IMG/VR virus record: IMGVR_UViG_3300048577_000445
Coordinates: 1 to 37,610 of that record
From: a virus
Lineage: Duplodnaviria; Caudoviricetes
Length of the DNA: 37,610 nucleotides
Direction: 5' to 3' (one strand)
A program made the translations under genes and the position numbers. How positions within the stretch are numbered: the stretch's first letter is position 1; every line of letters starts with the position of its first letter. The notes beneath the pieces were generated by a model. It ran no database searches and had not been told where the DNA came from. It saw only the letters and a program-made list of their open reading frames with translations. Positions 1 to 8,543 of this stretch are shown one piece after another.

Positions 1-660
1 TCAGATCGGCTGGATTGTAGTCAGCACCGGGCCGATGATCTGCAGCTTTTTGAGCTCTTCGCCCCGAACTTCTTCTGGCGGGTAGGAGTCGTTGTCTGAG
101 ATCAGCAGCAGGCCGTCCGTGAGGCGGCGCAGGCGCTTCACCCGGGCCTCTTCGGCAAGGACGAAGGCGAACACGCCGTCGAAGACGCGCTGCTCGGCTT
201 CGTCGACGACCAGCCAGGCGCGGTCAGAGATGGTCGGCTCCATCGAGTCGCCGCGGGCTGTGACGATCACCAGGCCGGCCGCGGAATCGCGGCCGAGCTG
301 TTCCTTCAGGAAGGCCTTGGTGAAGGGGACGTCTTCGAGCTTGAGGCGCCCCTCATTCCAGGCTCCCGCTCCTGCGGCCAGCTGAGCGTCGTAGCGTGGC
401 ACCTGGACAAGATCGGCGGGCCCGGGGCCATCCCCACGCCCGAACACGAGCCAGTCGAGGGTCACGCCAGCCCCCTCTGCAATCTTCGCTGCAATGTCCA
501 GGCGCGGCGCCATGGAGCCGCGCACGTTCAGAACCTTCGAGACGGTCCCGTGCTGCATGCCGATGCGCGTTGCGAACGCGGTGATCTTCTCGGGGAAGAT
601 CGCCTCCTTAGCCCGCTGAGCGAACCCGTCGTAATCGAAGTCCGCGACAATTTGATCCAA
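1..660 (-). CDS. CI/LexA-type phage repressor (N-terminal HTH, C-terminal S24 autopeptidase)
   Basis: HTH segment (ITAFATRIGMQHGTVSKVLN...VTLDWLVFG), Ala-Gly cleavage motif (LAAGAG), catalytic GDSMEP and VKRL; divergent from ner; TTG start uncertain. Confidence 0.93.
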   Translation of the reverse strand: MDQIVADFDYDGFAQRAKEAIFPEKITAFATRIGMQHGTVSKVLNVRGSMAPRLDIAAKIAEGAGVTLDWLVFGRGDGPGPADLVQVPRYDAQLAAGAGAWNEGRLKLEDVPFTKAFLKEQLGRDSAAGLVIVTARGDSMEPTISDRAWLVVDEAEQRVFDGVFAFVLAEEARVKRLRRLTDGLLLISDNDSYPPEEVRGEELKKLQIIGPVLTTIQPI

Positions 661-686
661 GCGTCATCGCGCCCCGAACTCAGGAC

Positions 687-735
687 TTGATATCCGAAAC
701 GATTGTCGCCAATCTCGTGCCGTTCGTTACGAGAT
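687..735 (+). promoter_or_regulatory. Putative early promoter with overlapping operator-like inverted repeat
   Basis: TTGATA (687-692), 17 bp, CAATCT (710-715); inverted repeat ATCTCGT (712-718)/ACGAGAT (729-735) over the -10/start region, upstream of ner RBS AGAGG. Confidence 0.6.
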
Positions 736-744
736 AGAGGCTAA

Positions 745-1056
745 ATGGCACCGCCCCGAGCCAAACAGCGCGGCTGGCACCGTGAAGACATCAAAGCGGC
801 GATCCGCAAGCGCGGGACCACGGTCACCCAGCTCGCGCTGGATAACGGCCTGAGCGACAGCGCCTGTCGCGTAGCCCTCGTGAGGCCCTCGCCCGCGGGC
901 GAATCGGTCATCTCGTCGTTCCTGGGCGTCCCTCTCCAAGTTCTGTGGCCCGACCGGTACGACCCCTATGGCCGCCGGCTCGCAACCCGTCACGTTCGTG
1001 ATCAAAATAGTCGGACTCGTGCCGAAACGCACCGTCAATTCGCGGGGGCGCGTTAG
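745..1056 (+). CDS. ner: Ner/Nlp-family DNA-binding protein
   Basis: WHREDIKAAIRKRGTT...LA...ISSFLGVPLQVLWPDRY is the Ner signature; first gene divergent from repressor. Confidence 0.92.
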   Translation: MAPPRAKQRGWHREDIKAAIRKRGTTVTQLALDNGLSDSACRVALVRPSPAGESVISSFLGVPLQVLWPDRYDPYGRRLATRHVRDQNSRTRAETHRQFAGAR

Positions 1057-1058
1057 AC

Positions 1059-1943
1059 ATGGCCTCCGAGCTTCCCCAGAGCCTTCCCATCGCGCTGATC
1101 GTGATGGGGCCACGACTGCGGCCGGTCGATCCGGCGGCTGTTCAGAATATGCAGGTGGCGATCGAGGAGAGCGGCTTCTTCGGCGCCATCCTGGTCCGCC
1201 CGGTCCTCGGCGAAGAGGGCGAGCAGCGGTTTGAGCTGGTCGCAGGGGCGCACCGGCTGGCGGCCATGCGCGCCCTGGGCCGACCGACCATCCCGGCCGT
1301 GGTGCGCAATCTCACGGACGACGAAGCCCGGCAGATCGAGATCGACGAGAACCTCGTACGACGCAGCCTGACCCCGCTCGAGCGGGCCGAGATGCTCGAG
1401 GCGCGGTTCGCCGTCTGGAGCCGCCGCTTCCCAGGCCGCGTGGTCCTCGAGGAGGGCGATGTTCAGCGGAAAAGGGGACGCCCGAAAAAAGAGGTCAACT
1501 TGACCCAATTTACGGGCGGCGCGCCGCAGACCATGGGGTTCGCGGTCGATACAGCCGAGGAGGTCGGCCTTTCAGAGTCCACGGTGAAACGCGCCTGGAC
1601 GACGGTGAACGGTCTCGCCCCGGCGCTGCGCGCCAAGCTGCACGGCACCTGGATCGCCAAGAACGACAGCGCCCTGCGGCAGCTGGCGTCCCTGCCTGAG
1701 GCCGACAAGGCGCCGGTGATCGACATCCTGCTGCAGGGCGAGACCCGCAGCGTGTCCGACGCCCTGGCGAAGGCCTCCGGCGTGACGCCGTCCGAGCCCA
1801 AGCGAACGCCTGTTGATGAGGCTTTGAAGGCGTTCAAGGCGATCTGGGGCAAGGCCTCACCGGCCGCCCGGGAGGCGATCCTGCATGAGCTGGCGGGCAA
1901 GCCCCTGCCGCGGGGTTGGACCGTGGGGCAGGCTCATGACTAG
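1059..1943 (+). CDS. ParB/Srx N-terminal-domain DNA-binding protein
   Basis: ILVRP...FELVAGAHRLAA...IDENLVRRSLTPLERA ParB box motifs, downstream HTH (TAEEVGLSESTVKR). Confidence 0.88.
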   Translation: MASELPQSLPIALIVMGPRLRPVDPAAVQNMQVAIEESGFFGAILVRPVLGEEGEQRFELVAGAHRLAAMRALGRPTIPAVVRNLTDDEARQIEIDENLVRRSLTPLERAEMLEARFAVWSRRFPGRVVLEEGDVQRKRGRPKKEVNLTQFTGGAPQTMGFAVDTAEEVGLSESTVKRAWTTVNGLAPALRAKLHGTWIAKNDSALRQLASLPEADKAPVIDILLQGETRSVSDALAKASGVTPSEPKRTPVDEALKAFKAIWGKASPAAREAILHELAGKPLPRGWTVGQAHD

Positions 1944-2383
1944 GGCTCTTCCGGGTCTTCATCCTCATCATCGGGCCACGGCGCTTCTGTCGCGTATGGC
2001 CAGAGCCAGCCTGCATCTCCTTCCAGGTGCGCCAGGGCCTGAAGCATCTGATCCCCCGCCCATTTCGCGGGTGATGCGGGCTCGATCTGCTGGGCTTCCA
2101 TCAACTCGACGAGGCCGAGCGCGCGAGCTGTCCAGGCTATTGCAGCGTGCAGAAGCAGACTTCGCCCCTCTGGTGGCATCGCTTGAAGCTCAGCGCGCAG
2201 CTCGGCCATCGGCAACTGCGCCAGAGCCAGCCCGACCGGCCCCTGACCCGCATAGTGCCGACGGATCTTCGGCTTGCCTTCAGCCTGAAAACTGTCGCGA
2301 AGGCGCTGCAGGTCTTCGGGGGGCTGGAGCTTCATCAGAGCGTCGAGCCGCTTGCGCAGCGGGGCTCGGGCGGACCAGCGCAT
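1940..2383 (-). CDS. Hypothetical protein antisense to the early operon (moron-like)
   Basis: 147 aa, helical globular composition, acidic tail, GGAG RBS shortly upstream of the ATG on the minus strand. Confidence 0.65.
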   Translation of the reverse strand: MRWSARAPLRKRLDALMKLQPPEDLQRLRDSFQAEGKPKIRRHYAGQGPVGLALAQLPMAELRAELQAMPPEGRSLLLHAAIAWTARALGLVELMEAQQIEPASPAKWAGDQMLQALAHLEGDAGWLWPYATEAPWPDDEDEDPEEP

Positions 2384-2455
2384 CTAGCATCTCCATCCAT
2401 CGGACACCGCTGGCGCGAGTCCTCTTGCGGCTCAGGCTAATTCGGGAAGCCGCCC

Positions 2456-2935
2456 ATGGCTAAGGCCCGCGGCGATTCCCAGACCGGGGACCTGTTTGAC
2501 GTGGCGCGGGTGTGGCCGGTGAAGGCCCCCCGGACCCTGCCGCGGGCGCTGGACATGAAGCGCCAGATCTCGATGTCGATGATGGAGGCCATCCGCGAGA
2601 GCGGGAAGACGGTCCCGGTCATCGCCGCCGAGATGAGCGAGCTGATGGGCGATGACGAGGTCACGGCCCAGCAGCTCTACGCCTACACCGCACCCTCGAA
2701 GACCACCCACAACATCAGCCTCGTCCGGTTCATCGCCTTTGTGCGGGCCACGGGCTGCCGGTGGCTCTGGGATGTCTGCCTGCAGGACGAGGGGCTGATC
2801 ATCCTGCAGGGCGAAGAGGCCCTGCACGCCCAGGCCAGCCTGGCCGAGAAGCACGGCCGCGCCCTGCTGGACCAGGCCAAGCGCCTGCGCGGCCAGGCGC
2901 CCCTCCAAGTTCAAGTACCACGGGGCCGGAAATGA
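2456..2935 (+). CDS. Phage regulatory/DNA-transposition-associated protein (CII-like, hypothetical)
   Basis: 159 aa with GDLF N-terminus and QLYAYTAPSK motif; directly upstream of and ATGA-coupled to MuA. Confidence 0.7.
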   Translation: MAKARGDSQTGDLFDVARVWPVKAPRTLPRALDMKRQISMSMMEAIRESGKTVPVIAAEMSELMGDDEVTAQQLYAYTAPSKTTHNISLVRFIAFVRATGCRWLWDVCLQDEGLIILQGEEALHAQASLAEKHGRALLDQAKRLRGQAPLQVQVPRGRK

Positions 2936-4887
2936 CGAAGACGTCGGGGGGCGCGGTCCAGGAATGGTTCTCGGCGGCCGAGCTGGCGGAGCTGCGACTT
3001 TCGGGCCTGCCCAGCACCAAGCGAGGCGTTCAGCAGCTGGCCGAGCGCGAGGGCTGGGCTCAGGCCGCCTGTGATGTGCGCGGCCCACTGGCGCGGCCGC
3101 GCCGGGGCCGGGGCGGCGGGACCGAATACCATGTGACGCTGCTGCCGGAGAGCGTCCGGGCGCAGCTGCTGGTGGCGCCCAAGGCGTCGGCCGAACGTCC
3201 CGATCGCGAGAGCATGTGGATGCGCTGGGAGCGCCTGCCGGGCTCCCTGAAGGACGAGGCGCAACGGCGGCTGGCGGTCATCGAGCAGGTGGAGACCCTG
3301 CATCGCAAGGGGCTGGGCAAGGCCGCCGCAGTCGACGAGGTGGTGAAACAGGCCGCGCGCGAAGCCCGCGCGGCCGGCCAGAAGCCGCCTTTCAGCGCCA
3401 GCACCGTGTTTGACTGGTTCCGCAGGGTGGCCGGCGTCGACGCCCATGACCGGGCGGCCTATCTGGCGCCGGACTATGCCGGGCGCAGCACGAGCTGCGA
3501 GTGCCCGGGCGAGGCCTTCGAGCTCTACAAGGCCGACTATCTGCGCCAGTCGAGACCAACCCACGCGGCCTGCTACCGCAACCTGGAGCGGATCGCCGCC
3601 GAGCGCGGCTGGACCCTTCCGTCGGCCAAGACGCTGCAGCGCCGCCTTGAGGCGGAGGTGCCGGTCGCCCTGCAGGTCTATCTGCGGGAGGGCGGCTCGG
3701 CCGCCGACCACACCTATCCCCACCGGGAGCGGGACAAGACCACCCTGCTGCCCATGGCGGCCGGCAATCTCGACGGCCACACCTGGGACGTCTTCGTCCG
3801 TTGGCCGGGCGGCGAGGTTTCGCGCCCCCTGTCACTGGCGGTGCAGGACATCGCCAGCGGCAAGATCCTGGCGATCCGCTTCGACCTGACCCTGAACCAC
3901 CACCTGGTTCGGCTGGCGCTCGGCGACACCTTCCGGGACTACGGGCTGTTCGACAGCCTGTTCATGGACAACGGCCGGGAGAACGCCGCCCAGGCGATCT
4001 CCGGCGGGCAGGCGCGCCTGCGCTGGGGCAAGACGCCCGAGGAAGAGCCCGACGGCCTGCTGAAGACCCTGGGGGTCAAGGCGCTGTTCGTGAAGCCCTA
4101 CTGGGGCCAGGCCAAGCCCATCGAGCGGGCCTTCCGCAACTTCGCCCACGACATCGCCAAGCGCCCGGAGTTCGAGGGCGCCTATACGGGGCACAACCCG
4201 GTCTCGAAGCCGGAGAACTACGCCTCGCGCGCCGTTCCCTTCGCCGAGTTCGAGGCGATCGTCCGGCGGGAGCTGGCCTACTACAACGCCCAGCTCGGCC
4301 GCACCGGCCAGGGCATGAACGGGCGGTCCTTCGACCAGGTCTTCGAGGAGGGGCTGGCCCGCCGGTCTGTGCGTCGCCTGACGCCTGAGCAGCTGCGGCT
4401 CTGCATGCTGGCCTCCAAGCCGGTGGCCATGGACCCCCGCGCCGGCGCGGTGAAGGTCGAGGGGCACCGCTACTGGTCGCCGGAGCTGGGCGCCCTGAAG
4501 CGCCAGCGGGTCATCGTCCGGTTCGATCCGGAGCGGATGGACCTTCCGGCCTTCGTCTACAGCCTGGACGGCCGCCTGCTGGCCAAGGCCGATCGCATCG
4601 CAGCCGGCAGCTTCGACAACCTGTCCGACGGCCGAGAGCAGAACAAGGCCGTGCGCGACCACAAGCGCGGGCTCCGGATCGCCGCCCGGGCGGCGGTCAA
4701 GATCGGACCCCGCGAACTCGCCGCCCAACATGCCCAGCTCGCCCCGCCCAGCTCGCCGCCGATGGCCGGCCGGGTGGTGGAGCTGGTCCCGAACGCGCCC
4801 CGCAGAGCCGAGCAGCTCGGCCGCGGGGCCACCCAAGACTTCGATGCGGACTGGGAGCGTGGCGTCGCCGCGACCCTGGGCCGCTGA
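2932..4887 (+). CDS. A: Mu-type DDE transposase (MuA)
   Basis: ATG 2932 overlaps upstream stop; N-terminal Mu HTH (WFSAAELAEL..LP.TKRGV), DDE motifs NLDGHTWDV / MDNGRE / KPIERAF, C-terminal Mu-transposase beta domain (VRFDP). Confidence 0.95.
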   Translation: MTKTSGGAVQEWFSAAELAELRLSGLPSTKRGVQQLAEREGWAQAACDVRGPLARPRRGRGGGTEYHVTLLPESVRAQLLVAPKASAERPDRESMWMRWERLPGSLKDEAQRRLAVIEQVETLHRKGLGKAAAVDEVVKQAAREARAAGQKPPFSASTVFDWFRRVAGVDAHDRAAYLAPDYAGRSTSCECPGEAFELYKADYLRQSRPTHAACYRNLERIAAERGWTLPSAKTLQRRLEAEVPVALQVYLREGGSAADHTYPHRERDKTTLLPMAAGNLDGHTWDVFVRWPGGEVSRPLSLAVQDIASGKILAIRFDLTLNHHLVRLALGDTFRDYGLFDSLFMDNGRENAAQAISGGQARLRWGKTPEEEPDGLLKTLGVKALFVKPYWGQAKPIERAFRNFAHDIAKRPEFEGAYTGHNPVSKPENYASRAVPFAEFEAIVRRELAYYNAQLGRTGQGMNGRSFDQVFEEGLARRSVRRLTPEQLRLCMLASKPVAMDPRAGAVKVEGHRYWSPELGALKRQRVIVRFDPERMDLPAFVYSLDGRLLAKADRIAAGSFDNLSDGREQNKAVRDHKRGLRIAARAAVKIGPRELAAQHAQLAPPSSPPMAGRVVELVPNAPRRAEQLGRGATQDFDADWERGVAATLGR

Positions 4888-4928
4888 AAAGGAAATGGCC
4901 CACCCGGAGCGGCAACTCCGAGTGGGCC
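4888..4928 (-). terminator. Hairpin between A and B; reads as an intrinsic terminator on the minus strand
   Basis: Minus strand GGCCCACUCGGAG-UUGCCG-CUCCGGGUGGGCC (13 bp, one U.G) followed by AUUUCCUUUU. Confidence 0.6.
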
Positions 4929-4960
4929 GGCACTGCAACACGAACAGGAGATAGCTATTC

Positions 4961-5968
4961 ATGAACCTCATCCCCGGCAAGACAGAGTTCACGGAGGCCG
5001 AGCACGCCGACCTGATCACGCGGGTCAAGCGCGTCCGGGCGAGCGGCGGTCTGAGCCAGGCCGATATCGGCCGGCAGGCCGAGGTGCCCTCGTCCTCGCT
5101 CAGCCAGTACCTGAACGGCGCCTACCCCAATGAGGCCGGGCGGGCCGAGATCGCCGCCAAGCTGACCCGCTGGCTGAAGGCGCTGGACGCTGAGCAGTCC
5201 CTGCGCCGCCAGCTGCCGGTCGCGCCGACCTATGTCGCCCTCAAGGGGTCGAAGAAGATCTCGACCCTGCTGGCCTATGCGCGCCAGACCGGTCGAATGG
5301 TGCTGGTGACGGGCGTTCCCGGCGTCTCGAAGACGGCCAGCGCCCGGCAGTTCCGGGAAGACAATCCCCGTACCTGGTACACGGCGATGGACCCGTCGAC
5401 CCGGGGCGTGCCGACCATGCTGCTGGAGATCCTGGCGGCGATGGGCGTCTCCGACGCCAAGGGCACGCCGCAGGCCCTGATGCGGATGATCCACCAGCAT
5501 GCGGTGGAGGCCAAGGGCCTGATCATCATCGATGAGGCCCAGCACCTGTCCGAACAGGCGATCGAGGCCCTGCGGGCGATCAATGACCGCAGCCGGGCGA
5601 CCGGTTCGCCGGTGGGCATCGCCATGCTGGGCAACGAGATGGCCTACAACCGGGTGGGCACCACGGGCACCCAGTCGGCCTTCGCCCAGGTCTCCTCCCG
5701 CTTCGCCCAGCGACGCTGGATCGTCGCCCCGGACGCCGAGGACGCCGCCGCCCTGGCCCGCGCCTGGGCCGAGACCAACGGCGAGGAGATCACCTCGGCG
5801 GAGCTGTCGTTCTGCCAGCTGATCGCCACCAAGCCGGGCGGCCTGCGCAACATCGAGATGACCATGGAGTCCGCCCTCCTGGCCGCCCGGGGCGGCCAGG
5901 AACCGCTCACCATCGACCACCTGCGAGCCGCCTTCGAGCAGCTCTCGGGCGTGACGCACGGCCTGTGA
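4961..5968 (+). CDS. B: MuB-like AAA+ ATPase (transposition target activator)
   Basis: N-terminal HTH (LSQADIGRQAEVPSSSLSQYLNGAY), Walker A variant GVPGVSKT, Walker B LIIIDEAQHL, FAQVSSR and PGGLR motifs; AGGAG RBS. Confidence 0.93.
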   Translation: MNLIPGKTEFTEAEHADLITRVKRVRASGGLSQADIGRQAEVPSSSLSQYLNGAYPNEAGRAEIAAKLTRWLKALDAEQSLRRQLPVAPTYVALKGSKKISTLLAYARQTGRMVLVTGVPGVSKTASARQFREDNPRTWYTAMDPSTRGVPTMLLEILAAMGVSDAKGTPQALMRMIHQHAVEAKGLIIIDEAQHLSEQAIEALRAINDRSRATGSPVGIAMLGNEMAYNRVGTTGTQSAFAQVSSRFAQRRWIVAPDAEDAAALARAWAETNGEEITSAELSFCQLIATKPGGLRNIEMTMESALLAARGGQEPLTIDHLRAAFEQLSGVTHGL

Positions 5969-5979
5969 AGGAAGCCGCC

Positions 5980-6177
5980 ATGAACACCAGCCTTGACCCC
6001 AACCTGCAGGCCCGCGGCGCGGCCCGTCACCTGCGCGTCCTGGTGGAGAACAACTGCCTGGACCGCATCGAGTTCGAGCGCTGCATGCGCAAGATCGAAG
6101 ACGCCCTGGCGCCGAAGGAGCCCGCCCCCCCGCCCATCGAGGGGCGGTTCGTCGTCATCGACGGGGGGCGGCCATGA
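5980..6177 (+). CDS. Hypothetical early protein
   Basis: AAGGAAG RBS before ATG 5980; ends in FVVIDGGR; ATGA-coupled to next gene. Confidence 0.7.
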   Translation: MNTSLDPNLQARGAARHLRVLVENNCLDRIEFERCMRKIEDALAPKEPAPPPIEGRFVVIDGGRP

Positions 6178-6560
6178 GCACCGAGCCCCTGCACAGCCCG
6201 GCGCCATTCGCGCTTCAACTCCCGCTGAACGGCATCGGCGGCTACCTGATCAGGGACGCCCTCGGCGACAGCCTGGCCGCGCTGGCCTTTCAGACGGGAG
6301 ACCATCCGCCAGAAGAGCAGCTCGCCAACGCCCTGCTGCTCACGGCCGCCCCGCAGCTCCTCGTGGCCGCCAGGCTCGGCAGGGAGGCGCTTGCGGAAGA
6401 CCGACGCCTGACAATCGAGGCCCATACGGTCCCGGACCCGGTGACGCTGGAGCCCGACCTCGCGACCCTTGAGGAGATCGCGGAGTCCCACCTCGCCGAG
6501 CTCGATCGCCGGCTGGCGCTAGTCGATGCGGCCATCGCAGCGACGGAGATCCAGCCATGA
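6174..6560 (+). CDS. Hypothetical early protein (ANAxLxxAAP motif)
   Basis: Coupled both sides; LANALLLTAAPQLL resembles a recurrent phage motif. Confidence 0.75.
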   Translation: MSTEPLHSPAPFALQLPLNGIGGYLIRDALGDSLAALAFQTGDHPPEEQLANALLLTAAPQLLVAARLGREALAEDRRLTIEAHTVPDPVTLEPDLATLEEIAESHLAELDRRLALVDAAIAATEIQP

Positions 6561-6814
6561 ACCGCCCCTGGACCCTGCCCGGGCTGGCGGCGGTCTACGC
6601 CCTGGCCCTGGGCGGCGAGGGCCTGGCGGAGATCGCCGAGGCCACCGGCCGCTTCAAGGGTGAGGTGGACCTGGCGCTCTGGGCCCTGACCGGCCGCTCG
6701 CCGCAGGCGGCGCTCGCCCGTCTGAACGCCGGCGCCCATGGGTCCGCGCCCGACCTGGCCGCCCAGCCCCGGTCTCCGGTGCTGGGCGCGCACCTGCGGG
6801 AGGTCCACCCGTGA
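6557..6814 (+). CDS. Small putative HTH protein
   Basis: GEGLAEIAEATGRFKGEV HTH-like pattern; ATGA/GTGA coupling. Confidence 0.6.
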   Translation: MNRPWTLPGLAAVYALALGGEGLAEIAEATGRFKGEVDLALWALTGRSPQAALARLNAGAHGSAPDLAAQPRSPVLGAHLREVHP

Positions 6815-7008
6815 GGCCGCTGGCCGCCGTCCGGCGCTGGCGGACCTTCCTGGGCGCCGTCCACGGCCCGTGGCGCGGGGCGGAGATCCGCCGCCGGCCA
6901 GACCAGGTGCGGACGGCCCAGATGGCCGCCGCCCGCGACGCCTTCCTTTCCAGCCTGACCCCCGCCCAGCGCCAGCTCGGCGGGCCGACCTATGGAGACA
7001 CCCAATGA
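6811..7008 (+). CDS. Hypothetical early protein
   Basis: GTG start after GGAGG; stop overlaps next ATG. Confidence 0.55.
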   Translation: MRPLAAVRRWRTFLGAVHGPWRGAEIRRRPDQVRTAQMAAARDAFLSSLTPAQRQLGGPTYGDTQ

Positions 7009-7670
7009 GCGACACCCAGACGCAAGAGCGCCCGGCGGTCCAAGTCACCGCGCCGACCGTCGCGGTCGAAGGCCGGAACTACATGACCGACGTGAAGGGC
7101 AATCTCGTCCCCGTGGAGTCGGTGAAGCCCACCGACCTGCTGATGGATGAGGTGGTCCGCAAGATCCACGCCTACGCCTGCGACCTCGAGGCGCAGATCG
7201 CCCGGTTCAAGCAGCACACCTCCGACGACGTCTATGGCTTCCTGGCGCTGGTGGCCCAGGAGTACGGCCTGGTTCGCGGCGGCCTGAAGGGCAACGTCAT
7301 GCTGCAGTCCTTCGACGGGCTGCTGCGGGTCACGGTCCAGACGGCCGAGCGGGTGACGTTCGGGCCGGAGCTGCAGGCCGCCAAGGCTCTGGTGGACGAG
7401 TGCCTGGTGGACTGGTCGGCCGACAGCGGCGCGGAGCTGCGGACCATCGTCCAGAACGCCTTCAATGTGGACAAGCAGGGCGATGTCTCGCCCACGCGCA
7501 TGTTCTCGCTGCTGCGCTACCGGATCGAGGACGAGCGGTGGAAACGCGCCATGCAGGCGATCACCGACAGCATCCGGCCCCTGGGGACGAAGGAATACTT
7601 CCGCTTCCACCGGCGGGAGAGCCGCACCAGCGCCTGGAAGCTGGTGGTCATCGATCTGGCCGCGGCATGA
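7005..7670 (+). CDS. DUF3164-family Mu-like phage protein
   Basis: YMTDVKGNLVP..VKP.D, GGLKGNV.L.SFDG, FGPELQAAKALVDECL, W..AM.AI.DS motifs; ATG 7005 with GGAG RBS. Confidence 0.88.
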   Translation: MSDTQTQERPAVQVTAPTVAVEGRNYMTDVKGNLVPVESVKPTDLLMDEVVRKIHAYACDLEAQIARFKQHTSDDVYGFLALVAQEYGLVRGGLKGNVMLQSFDGLLRVTVQTAERVTFGPELQAAKALVDECLVDWSADSGAELRTIVQNAFNVDKQGDVSPTRMFSLLRYRIEDERWKRAMQAITDSIRPLGTKEYFRFHRRESRTSAWKLVVIDLAAA

Positions 7671-7882
7671 GGGTCTCGTCCGCACCGATCATCGCCCAGG
7701 ATCTGGGCCTGGCCATCGACCTCTACGGCCTCGTCCATCTGCGCCTGCTGGACCGCGGGGGCCGGCCGATCGCTGTCCTCGTGCTGGCCCCGGCCCAGGC
7801 CGCCCATGTCGCAGGCCTCCTCCAACAGACAACCGCCAAGGCCGCCACCGTCGCGGCCGCCCCCGAAGGGAGGGCAAACTGA
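7667..7882 (+). CDS. Hypothetical protein
   Basis: 71 aa (MRVSSAPIIAQD...), ATGA and TGATG coupling on both sides. Confidence 0.65.
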   Translation: MRVSSAPIIAQDLGLAIDLYGLVHLRLLDRGGRPIAVLVLAPAQAAHVAGLLQQTTAKAATVAAAPEGRAN

Positions 7883-8115
7883 TGCTCACCGATGCTGAAG
7901 TCCTCGACATCATCTCAACGGGCGTCCTGCTCGGTCGGGTGAGCGAGGCCCTGTCCGAGTTCGAGGCCGAGACCGTCGCCGAGATCGGCCGGCGGTTCGT
8001 GGCCTTCCGCCGCGACGCCGTGGTCACCGAGGCGGAGTGGCAGGTGCTGCGCACCGCGCTTGCGGCCATGCGGGCCGCCATGGCCCAGGCGCACCTGACC
8101 GCCGAGGCGGCCTGA
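7882..8115 (+). CDS. Hypothetical protein
   Basis: 77 aa (MLTDAEVLDIIS...), GGGAGG RBS, TGATG coupling. Confidence 0.7.
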   Translation: MLTDAEVLDIISTGVLLGRVSEALSEFEAETVAEIGRRFVAFRRDAVVTEAEWQVLRTALAAMRAAMAQAHLTAEAA

Positions 8116-8543
8116 TGGACGCCCGGCCCATCCCCGTGCGGCAGATCATCGCCGCGACCGCCGCCCAGGCCGGCTTCGACGCCGAGGACCTGCTGGCGTT
8201 TCCGAGCCTGCGGTCTGGCGGCGTGAAGACGGTGCGCCAGAGAGCCGTGATGCTCACCCGGCATTGGCGTCCTGACCGCACCTGGCCCGCCCTTGAGCGG
8301 GATTTCCGCCGCGCGCATGGGACCCTCTATGAGGCGAGCGGCGCAGCCGCCGCCCGTTACCTGGCCGGCGACCCTGATGAGGTCCAGGCCGTGCAAGCTG
8401 TCGCAGACGTCCTGGGGCTGGAGGTCGGCCAGATCGATCTCGCCGGCCCGCTGCGGCGGCACTTGCTGCGGCAGCTGACCACGGCGCAGCGGGCCGTGGT
8501 GCGCCTGAAAAGCCAGATCGCGGCCCTCGAGGCGAGCGCATGA
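8115..8543 (+). CDS. DnaA domain-IV-like DNA-binding protein with C-terminal coiled coil
   Basis: IPVRQIIAATAAQAGFDAEDLL...RQRAVMLTRH..PDRTWPALERDFRRAHGTLYEA aligns by eye with the Bac_DnaA_C pattern (RQIAMYL...SLPEIGR.F.RDHTTV.HA). Confidence 0.65.
   Translation: MDARPIPVRQIIAATAAQAGFDAEDLLAFPSLRSGGVKTVRQRAVMLTRHWRPDRTWPALERDFRRAHGTLYEASGAAAARYLAGDPDEVQAVQAVADVLGLEVGQIDLAGPLRRHLLRQLTTAQRAVVRLKSQIAALEASA

Noticed and set aside
1-60. Mu left/right ends (TG...CA) and transposase binding sites
   Set aside because: Window begins at the repressor stop and ends at the protease stop, so termini are outside it
2761-2931. Longer upstream starts given by the ORF track for MuA (also 6738, 8760, 18626, 21017, 22026, 24575)
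   Set aside because: Extensions overlap upstream genes or promoter elements and are low complexity; downstream starts (mostly coupled ATGA/GTGA/TGATG) fit better
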